NCBI GenBank assembly: GCA_038227875.1
Contig: JBBRPR010000111.1
Coordinates: 1-14,328, forward strand
Origin: Planctomycetota bacterium
GTDB lineage: Bacteria; Planctomycetota; SZUA-567; H5-PLA8
Reading direction: 5' to 3'
Length of the DNA stretch: 14,328 nucleotides
Below the pieces are notes generated by a model. The model saw only the letters and a program-made list of their open reading frames with translations. It did not search any database and had not been told where the DNA came from. Of the stretch, positions 1 to 6,311 are shown in pieces. Positions within the stretch are counted from its first letter, which is position 1. Every line of letters begins with the position of its first letter. Both the position numbers and the translations under genes were made by a program.

Positions 1-143
1 ACATGTTCATGGGAAGCGACGCGGGTGGCCGGCGCGCCGCGATTCTCTATTCGTTGATTCAAAGCTGCAAACAGCACAGCGTCAATCCGGTGCAGTACCT
101 GCGCGACGTACTGGTCCGTATTTCGACTCACCCCGCCAGCCCG
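1..143 (+). pseudogene. tnpC: IS66-family transposase TnpC, C-terminal part (cut by window edge, interrupted by IS21 at 144)
   Basis: The frame from base 3 reads MFMGSDAGGRRAAILYSLIQSCKQHSVNPVQYLRDVLVRISTHPAS. This matches the IS66 TnpC C-terminal pattern (F.GSD.GG.RAA..YSLI.tcK..gv.P..YL.DVL.RI..HP). It is not in the ORF track. Confidence 0.9.
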
Positions 144-194
144 TGTCATTGAGCACTTCAAAACCACCCTAAGCTAAGCACTTCAAAAACACCC
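144..194. repeat. IS21 right terminal inverted repeat with two tandem subrepeats
   Basis: TGTCATTG, then AGCACTTCAAAACCACCC (152-169) and AGCACTTCAAAAACACCC (177-194), period 25 bp. Multiple terminal repeats are typical of IS21. Confidence 0.9.
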
Positions 195-234
195 GCCTAA
201 TAATGACCGATGACGCCCACAACGGACGCCATTT

Positions 235-1023
235 CTATTGATTCGATTCTGTTTTGCAAGCCTTGTCTGCCGGCGCCTTGGCTGGCGTGGGCTTTTCGGC
301 TTTGTCTTTGAGCCTATAGCTGCGGCCGTTGAAGGCGATGATCTCGGCGCGGTGCAGAAAGCGGTCGAGGATCGCGGTGGCGGTCGGCACGTCGCCCAGC
401 AGTTTGCCCCAGTCCTCCAGCGGGCGGTTGGAGGTCATTATCGTCGAGCGCAGTTCGTAGCGGCGATGGATCACTTCGAATAGATATTCGCCGGAGCGCT
501 TGGGCAATTGCTTCATGCCCATGTCGTCAATAATGAGTAAGTCCGGTTTGAGATACTTGGCTAACGTGCGGTCCATCTGCGCGAGCGCCTCGTCCTCCAG
601 AAAGTCGCGGACGACATCGAAGATGGAGCGGTATAGGACCGTGAAGCCGATGCGGATAACCTGATGACCGATGGCTTGAGCCAGATGGCTCTTGCCCGTG
701 CCTGGCGGGCCGACCAACAAACAATCGGAGTGTTTGCGGATGAAGTCGCCGGTGGCCAGTTCGTAGAACTGCGAGCGTTTGATCGTGGCGTTGAATTGCC
801 AGTCGAAGTCCTCCAAGTTCTTCTGGTCGCGGAAGCCGGCAGCTTTCACGCGCCGGTCAACCAGGCGGCTGTTGCGCAGCGCCAGCTCGTCACGCAGGAC
901 CAGTTCGAGGAACTCCGCGTGATTGAGATGATTGCCGCCGGCCTCTTGCAGCCGCACGTCCAGCGTTTTAATGATGCCCGACAGCCGCAACTGACGCAGC
1001 ATGTCTGTAAAGCGTTCGTTCAT
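235..1023 (-). CDS. istB: IS21 helper AAA+ ATPase IstB
   Basis: Walker A GPPGTGKS, Walker B LLIIDD, TSNRPLEDWG, AILDRFLH and GRSYRL. ATG 1023 (preceded by GGGGA) is preferred; 1035 is the alternative start. Confidence 0.95.
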   Translation of the reverse strand: MNERFTDMLRQLRLSGIIKTLDVRLQEAGGNHLNHAEFLELVLRDELALRNSRLVDRRVKAAGFRDQKNLEDFDWQFNATIKRSQFYELATGDFIRKHSDCLLVGPPGTGKSHLAQAIGHQVIRIGFTVLYRSIFDVVRDFLEDEALAQMDRTLAKYLKPDLLIIDDMGMKQLPKRSGEYLFEVIHRRYELRSTIMTSNRPLEDWGKLLGDVPTATAILDRFLHRAEIIAFNGRSYRLKDKAEKPTPAKAPADKACKTESNQ

Positions 1024-1036
1024 TGCATTCCCCATT

Positions 1037-1248
1037 CTGCGTTCGCACTCGAACGCGGTCTCTCGATTGTCACTTCCGCACAGGCGGAAGCGTTCTCTTG
1101 CAATTCAGCGGCGAGCAACGATCTTGTCGGTATCCGGCGAAACGGACGCGGGCTCTGCTGGCGAGCATCCCGCCAGGGATAGCCGGTGCGCGGATGAACC
1201 GTCGAGGGGAGCGGAAGCTCCCTTCGACGCATCCGTTCAGCCGCGCGC
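1037..1248. other. Tandem stem-loop array in the istA-istB spacer (candidate structured RNA/ssDNA element)
   Basis: Stems at 1037-1045/1050-1058, 1073-1079/1084-1090, 1133-1136/1143-1146 and 1158-1163/1171-1176 (extended by 1151-1154/1181-1184). A long hairpin spans 1186-1248, with a 13-bp inner stem closing a GGAA loop. The pairing is seen directly; the function is unknown. Confidence 0.55.
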
Positions 1249-1311
1249 ATGCCTCGTAAAACGCAACAAAAAGTGCGCGTAGCGCTCCTTCTTCTGTTCG
1301 AATGACGCTCA

Positions 1312-2868
1312 TCAGTTGAACTCCACGCCGACGATGGCGCCGTAGTCATTTAAGTTGCGGATCAGCGGATGTTCCGCCATGAACTCGAACTGCTCCTGGT
1401 CCAGTGGTTCTTTCAGCAATGCGCGCAGCGCCCGCAGCCGGAACGCGCCGTGCGCGCAGGCCCGTTCGCAGGCGTGTTCGACGGCATTGGCCGAGTGGCG
1501 TTTGACCAGCGACAGCAAGCCCACGATTACCCGCACGCCCTCGATGGCGCGCTCGTTCAAGACCGCTTCTGCCCAGCGGCCGGACTGTGGACCGATCAGC
1601 CGCGCGCGGCGCAGCAACTCCGTCGCGCCACGTTCGACCATCGCCATCTTGCGTGATGCCAGATGCTGCGGCGCCGTGCTGAACTTCCCCAGTTCGTGTC
1701 GCGCATGCAGCGCGATCTGCTCGAAGCGGCTGTTGAGGATGCGGACCAGGTGGCTGTCCCAGCGCGCCCAGACGGTGTGCCCCATGTATTCCGGAGGCAC
1801 GGAGTAGTACGCCTTGGCGACCTCGATATGGCCGTCGCGGTGAACGACGCGCTGGTCTTCGTGGAAGGACGGAAAGCGTTCGGCCGGCAACGGCAGCAAC
1901 GCGCTCTTTTCGATCTCAAACAGTTGCCGGACTTGTTTCTTCGTCGTGCCATGGATGCGCAGATCGGCCACTTTTTGTTCCCAACGCAGCAGATGCGAGT
2001 TCTCTTCGGCCAGCGCGAGAAAGTCGCGGTCTTTCAGCGCGTTCTCTTTAACGTAGTTGATGCCTGATTCGATCTTCCCTTTGTGACGCGGCGTGTATGG
2101 CTTTGTGGGCAGCACCACTGTCCCGTAGTGCTGGCAGAATGCGATGATCTTCGGATGCAGTTCCGGATCGTACCAATCCGCCTGCGCAACGGCGGCGCGG
2201 AGATTGTCGATCACCAGGGTGCGAGGCACGCCGCCCCAGTGCCGGAAGGCATTCTCGAAAGCCGAGAGCAGATTGTCGGTCGTCTGTTGAAAGAACGCCT
2301 CGCTGTATGCCTTGCGCGAGAAGCTCAAGCCCAGCCGCAGCACATGCGTCCGCCGGCGCTTTCCGTCCGCGCCGATGATCGGCGCGCCAGCTCCGAAATC
2401 AGCCTGGGCCTCCGTACCTGGCTCACATTCCAGACGTCGGAAGGGTAGTTCATCTCTGCCGCACAGACGCCGCACCATCCGCTGAACAGATGCATACGCG
2501 CCATCGAAACCGTGCTCGGTTCGCAGATCCTGGAAGATCCGCTGGGCCGACAGCCCCGCTTCGATCTTCTGTTCAATCTGCGTCCGAAACGGTTCGCACT
2601 TGCTGCGGCCGGTTGCGTGCTCAACCTCTGCCGAGCCGGTGAGCACTTCAGCGGGGGTGGGTGTTTTTGCAGCTCCGGCGTCCGGCGAGCCGGTGAGCAC
2701 TTCCGGCTCAGTGGCTGCATTTGCCGTCCTGCCCCTTACATCTCTCAAGTAACGGCGCACCGTTCCTCGATCGATGTTCAACTCCTTCGCAATCTTACGT
2801 TTAGACCAGCCCTGCTGGTGCAGGGTCAAAATCGCTTCGATCTCCGCCATGTTGAGATGGTTGGCCAT
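1312..2868 (-). CDS. istA: IS21 DDE transposase IstA
   Basis: N-terminal HTH (GWSKRKIAKELNIDRGTVRRYL), second HTH (GLSAQRIFQDL), and catalytic motifs EAQADFG, LVIDNLRAAV and KGKIESGINYVK. It also has RIHGTT and a C-terminal beta region (VHRDGHIEV..YYSVP). Start is taken as ATG 2868, behind a purine-rich GGAGGGG/GGGA stretch, rather than TTG 2913. Confidence 0.95.
   Translation of the reverse strand: MANHLNMAEIEAILTLHQQGWSKRKIAKELNIDRGTVRRYLRDVRGRTANAATEPEVLTGSPDAGAAKTPTPAEVLTGSAEVEHATGRSKCEPFRTQIEQKIEAGLSAQRIFQDLRTEHGFDGAYASVQRMVRRLCGRDELPFRRLECEPGTEAQADFGAGAPIIGADGKRRRTHVLRLGLSFSRKAYSEAFFQQTTDNLLSAFENAFRHWGGVPRTLVIDNLRAAVAQADWYDPELHPKIIAFCQHYGTVVLPTKPYTPRHKGKIESGINYVKENALKDRDFLALAEENSHLLRWEQKVADLRIHGTTKKQVRQLFEIEKSALLPLPAERFPSFHEDQRVVHRDGHIEVAKAYYSVPPEYMGHTVWARWDSHLVRILNSRFEQIALHARHELGKFSTAPQHLASRKMAMVERGATELLRRARLIGPQSGRWAEAVLNERAIEGVRVIVGLLSLVKRHSANAVEHACERACAHGAFRLRALRALLKEPLDQEQFEFMAEHPLIRNLNDYGAIVGVEFN
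2632..2703. repeat. 18-bp direct repeat inside the istA linker carrying terminal-repeat motifs
   Basis: CGAGCCGGTGAGCACTTC occurs at 2632-2649 and 2686-2703 (protein EVLTGS twice). GGGGTGGGTGTTTTTG at 2654-2669 is identical to 2950-2965 in the left end. Confidence 0.85.
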
Positions 2869-2929
2869 TCCCGCGTCCCCTCCGATGTTTCGGAGCAGGA
2901 TACGTTCCGGCAAACGCTGACCCTAAAAT

Positions 2930-2979
2930 GGCTGCTTTTGAAGTGCTTAGGGGTGGGTGTTTTTGAGTGCTCGCTGACA
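2930..2979. repeat. IS21 left terminal inverted repeat with two tandem subrepeats
   Basis: The reverse complement reads TGTCAGCG-AGCACTCAAAAACACCC-ACCCCTA-AGCACTTCAAAAGCAGCC, matching the 144-194 end. Confidence 0.9.
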
Positions 2980-3044
2980 GCCGCGTCCACGAGCTGGTGC
3001 CGGCGCACTGGAAGCCGCCCGCGATCATACTCCTGCCGATGTAA
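2980..3044 (+). pseudogene. tnpC: Remaining 3' tip of IS66 tnpC after the IS21 insertion
   Basis: From 2982 it reads RVHELVPAHWKPPAIILLPM* (TAA 3042-3044). This continues THPAS into the typical HP..R..EL.P..W ending of TnpC. Confidence 0.88.
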
Positions 3045-3074
3045 TTCGGGCCTCGCATGCCAATGCAGGAATTT

Positions 3075-3102
3075 TAGACGGCGCTGTCTACGGAACGCTT
3101 AC
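3075..3102. repeat. IS66 right terminal inverted repeat
   Basis: ...CGGAACGCTTAC ends at 3102. The reverse complement GTAAGCGTTCCG matches the GTAAGCG terminus characteristic of IS66 and lies 58 bp after the tnpC stop. The inner boundary is approximate. Confidence 0.8.
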
Positions 3103-3133
3103 CAAAGTCGGGACGATAATTCAGAATCTACAT

Positions 3134-3718
3134 CTATAGCTTAATCACGATGACATCCGCTCCCAGTGTCCACCGGATAGCAGACGGGCGGTCATTGCGA
3201 GTCCATTGGGGCAGCCATTTCGTCCCATCGAACGATTCCACTTTGGGCTCTTCGACGCTCCGGTACAGAACCATTTGTACGGTAGGCATGGGCGGAGTCA
3301 CGTCGATTCGATCGATTTCAAAAATGCTGTCCATCTCACGTAGCACGTATTCAATGGTTGTCGCGCGCTTAGGCGTGGGAAATGCGGCGGTCTGAAAACT
3401 CGACAATCCGTCTGCCGTAGTTACGAATTTCAAAATAGATTGTTTGCCGGCTGAGGCGGACACGGGTTGAGTGTTGGTTGCACCGGAGGCTCCAGCTGAG
3501 GACTTCGAAGGGAGCCATCCGCGCAGATCGCGGCGAATAATTTCTTCAAACCGATCCCGGCGCGTTTGTTTTGAGGTCAGGGCAGCCTGACGCCGCGCTG
3601 TACCCGACATGGCCTGCGTTGCCGAATAGACGCAGGTTGCCAACAGCACCGTGATGGCGACTGCCAGGATCAATTCGATCAGTGTGAAACCAGGCGGACG
3701 GCTGACGCGATGACTCAT
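3134..3718 (-). CDS. gspJ: T2SS minor pseudopilin, GspJ-like
   Basis: Prepilin motif G/FTLIEL plus hydrophobic helix, IIRRDLRGW, and C-terminal W...W....RPSAIRWTL typical of GspJ. ATGA overlap with gspI. Confidence 0.8.
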   Translation of the reverse strand: MSHRVSRPPGFTLIELILAVAITVLLATCVYSATQAMSGTARRQAALTSKQTRRDRFEEIIRRDLRGWLPSKSSAGASGATNTQPVSASAGKQSILKFVTTADGLSSFQTAAFPTPKRATTIEYVLREMDSIFEIDRIDVTPPMPTVQMVLYRSVEEPKVESFDGTKWLPQWTRNDRPSAIRWTLGADVIVIKL

Positions 3719-4116
3719 TTCCCGGCTCCAGGTTGAGCCGCAGTCCCTTTGAGCGGGCCATAGTGAAACGATGTTTTGGAAAGCACCGCGCCGGCGGCAC
3801 CACGTACGGTAACCGTCACGCGTTGCAGATTGACCAGACCCTCAATTCCGGCGGGCTCCTGCTGCACCGACCAGGAATAGCCGGGCAGGGCGTCCAGAGA
3901 TCCGTTCAGACTCGTTTCCGAGCCACACAAAATGGCATCGAGTTTTGACTCGCACGCATGTTCGAGCCGAATGCGATCCTGCGCTCGCAATGTGCGCTGG
4001 AGTGCGTTGCGGTTGACGGACATCAGCAGAATCATCGCGCCGGCGGTGATTCCCAGTGCGACCATGACTTCAACCAGTGTGAACCCGCGCCGAGGACGGG
4101 TGTCAATGCTCAACAT
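3715..4116 (-). CDS. gspI: T2SS minor pseudopilin, GspI-like
   Basis: RRG/FTLVEVMVALGI, short globular part with G....LPGYSW and LQRVTVTV. Start ATG 4116 has a GAGG RBS; the ORF-track start at 4179 overlaps deep into gspH. Confidence 0.82.
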   Translation of the reverse strand: MLSIDTRPRRGFTLVEVMVALGITAGAMILLMSVNRNALQRTLRAQDRIRLEHACESKLDAILCGSETSLNGSLDALPGYSWSVQQEPAGIEGLVNLQRVTVTVRGAAGAVLSKTSFHYGPLKGTAAQPGAGK

Positions 4117-4588
4117 AGTTGACCTCATTGACCAGTGGATCGATTTGAACGGCGATGAACTTTCCTTTGTCCACGCCAATGTCGATAGTAACGTCCGGAG
4201 CGGTGCCTCTGGGATCGAAGTACAAAGTTATAGGTGACGTGAGTTCCAGGGATGCCGCGTTTTTGACAGACAGTAATTTTGACGGGGCCTGACACGCATA
4301 TTTCACAATAACCGGCGCGGCTTCTATGGCGCTTGGACTGGCCTCGATGGGCGTCGAAAGAATCCATTCGCTGGTGCCAGTATCCAGGCGCAACGCATAG
4401 ATCCGCTGTTCGCCCATGGCCCGTTCGCGATAGGTAGTAATCAGATTTCCCAGTTTGCGGGATTCTTGAATGATTCGCTGCCGCGGCGAGCCCAGATCAA
4501 GCCGTACGATAACAATGCCCATGACGACGCTGATCAGCGCCAGGACGAGCGTCAACTCGATGACGGTGAAGGCGCGTGCGCGAATCAT
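4103..4588 (-). CDS. gspH: T2SS minor pseudopilin, GspH-like
   Basis: RARA/FTVIEL prepilin motif, YRERAM...RIYALRLD and C-terminal LYFDPRG typical of GspH/FimT. Lies between gspG and gspI. Confidence 0.8.
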   Translation of the reverse strand: MIRARAFTVIELTLVLALISVVMGIVIVRLDLGSPRQRIIQESRKLGNLITTYRERAMGEQRIYALRLDTGTSEWILSTPIEASPSAIEAAPVIVKYACQAPSKLLSVKNAASLELTSPITLYFDPRGTAPDVTIDIGVDKGKFIAVQIDPLVNEVNYVEH

Positions 4589-4590
4589 AA

Positions 4591-5031
4591 TCAGTGCGAG
4601 CCATCCAGGTTGCGGGAGGAAATGTCCTGGTTGACGCCACTTCCGCCTTCCTTACCATCCGCACCAAGGGAGATGATTTCAAAGTCGCCATTGCCGCTGT
4701 GGAAGACGAAGTCATGCCCCCACGGATCTTTGGCGACTTTTGATCCTTTCAAGTAGCCGCCGTCCTGCCAGTTCGGACAGTCGCCGGGCTTGTTGACCAG
4801 CTCATCAAGCGATTGGGGGAGGCGATTGCAATTGGCCTGAAACTCAATGACCGCGCCTTCCAATTGAGAGAGTTGCGCCTTGGCCGCGGCAACTTTGGCT
4901 TGATCGGTTTTGCCTGCGTAGCGGACAATCACCAGTGTTGCGAGGACGCCGATGATGGCAATGACGACGATCAACTCAACCAGCGTGAAACCGCGCTTCA
5001 TCGCGGGACGCCCCAGGTTTGTGATATTCAT
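4591..5031 (-). CDS. gspG: T2SS major pseudopilin GspG
   Basis: KRG/FTLVELIVVIAIIGVLA, LP.SLDELV, W..GYL, DPWG and the SLGADGKEGG...DI calcium-loop motif. GGAG RBS upstream of 5031. Confidence 0.93.
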   Translation of the reverse strand: MNITNLGRPAMKRGFTLVELIVVIAIIGVLATLVIVRYAGKTDQAKVAAAKAQLSQLEGAVIEFQANCNRLPQSLDELVNKPGDCPNWQDGGYLKGSKVAKDPWGHDFVFHSGNGDFEIISLGADGKEGGSGVNQDISSRNLDGSH

Positions 5032-5048
5032 TTCTACTCCGCTCCGAT

Positions 5049-6281
5049 TTATTGAACCTGACTGAAATCAGTAATGGGCAGTAAAATTGCCGCAACAATG
5101 AACCCTACGACCAATCCGAGAAACACAATGAGGATTGGATTGATCAGATCCGTCAGACGTCCGGACACGACCTCTACTTCTTCATTGTAACCGGCGGCGA
5201 CATCTTTGAGTACGCGGGCCAGTTCGCCGGATTCCTCGCCGACACCTACTACAAATCCAATAGATTTGGGTAGCGCGCTTCCCTGTTTTATTGCGTCCGA
5301 GAGATCCCGCCCTTCAAGGACCGCCTTCTCTAAAAGAATGATTTCGTCTTCAAGGACTTTGTTACCGACGGCGTTTCGGACTACTGCGAGAGCCTGCGCC
5401 ACGGGGATGCCGCTGAAAATTAGATTGCTCATGGTGTCGGCCCAGCGAGCGACGGCTTGCTTTTTGAATAAGTTTCCCAATACAGGCAGTTTCAAGAGCA
5501 TCCCGTCAAGCATACGCCGGCCCGAATTTGTTTTAATAATCGCGTTACCCAGAACTGCCAACCCCACCACCGTCAAAATGAGCGCGGGCCACCAATTCTG
5601 AATAAACGTGCTGATGAACAGCAGTACTTCCGTCGGCCACGGCAGCGCGTGCTGCTGTTCCAAAAGCACCGCGGTGACTTTCGGTACGACAAAGGCCATC
5701 AGAAACGTCAGTACCAGTATCCCGATGGAGGACATCAGCGCCGGATAGGTCAGCGCGGAGACGACCTTATCGCGTAGCCGCTTCTGTCGGAGGTAGTAAG
5801 TCGAGAGTTCACTGAGAACGTGGGGCAGGCTACCCGCCGCCGCGCCAGCCCGCGCCACGCAGACTGCCAGTTCTGGAAAATACTTGGGATGGCACGACAG
5901 GGATTCGTCCAACGATGCGCCTTCGCGCACCCGAATCGCCACGTCCTGAAGGACATTGCGAAACCGTACGTCTTCGACCTGCTCGGAAAGCACGGAAAGT
6001 GCCTGAGTCAGCGGCAGGCCGGTTTTCAAGAGCATCGAGAGATGCCGTGAGAATTCGGACAGCAGGTCTAGCCGCCGACCACTAAAGCCGGACCACGAGG
6101 AACCCTGTTGCTTAGCGTTGATTTTGGCGATCGTGCTCGAAGCAATCGCATCGGCCAGGCTCTTGGCATGCAGTCCCCGTTCGCGAAGACTTGATCGTGC
6201 TTCGGCGGGGGTTCCCGCGTCCAGCGTCCCGCGAACGGTATTACCAGAGGAGTCCAGAGCTTCGTATTTAAAGAGTGCCAT
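5049..6281 (-). CDS. gspF: T2SS inner-membrane platform protein GspF
   Basis: MALFKYEALDSSG start, FSRHLSMLLKTGLPL, SALTYP, VVPK, LPWPT and VGEESGEL, with a C-terminal TM ending AILLPI. ATG at 6281. Confidence 0.95.
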   Translation of the reverse strand: MALFKYEALDSSGNTVRGTLDAGTPAEARSSLRERGLHAKSLADAIASSTIAKINAKQQGSSWSGFSGRRLDLLSEFSRHLSMLLKTGLPLTQALSVLSEQVEDVRFRNVLQDVAIRVREGASLDESLSCHPKYFPELAVCVARAGAAAGSLPHVLSELSTYYLRQKRLRDKVVSALTYPALMSSIGILVLTFLMAFVVPKVTAVLLEQQHALPWPTEVLLFISTFIQNWWPALILTVVGLAVLGNAIIKTNSGRRMLDGMLLKLPVLGNLFKKQAVARWADTMSNLIFSGIPVAQALAVVRNAVGNKVLEDEIILLEKAVLEGRDLSDAIKQGSALPKSIGFVVGVGEESGELARVLKDVAAGYNEEVEVVSGRLTDLINPILIVFLGLVVGFIVAAILLPITDFSQVQ

Positions 6282-6311
6282 AATCAAATTTCGAAGCGTC
6301 GTGGAAACGCA

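Larger units (their letters stand above)
144..2979 (-). mobile_element. Complete IS21-family insertion sequence (2836 bp)
   Basis: Starts TGTCA at 144 and ends TGACA at 2979 (TG...CA ends). It has related terminal inverted repeats with tandem subrepeats and encodes istA and istB. The flanks rejoin into a continuous IS66 tnpC frame. Confidence 0.93.

Noticed and set aside
152..194. Short repeats as a possible mini CRISPR array
   Set aside because: There are only two 18-bp units 7 bp apart, mirrored at the other IS end, so they are IS21 terminal subrepeats.
144..2979. CRISPR-associated or Tn7-like transposon (DDE transposase plus AAA+ ATPase)
   Set aside because: No TniQ/TnsD, Cas gene or repeat-spacer array is present. 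The architecture and ends are those of IS21.
238..3144. Many plus-strand and alternate-frame ORFs over istA/istB (e.g. 664-1182, 1355-1807, 2512-3144)
   Set aside because: They overlap well-supported IS genes, are Arg/Ala-rich, show no domain signal, and some cross IS boundaries.
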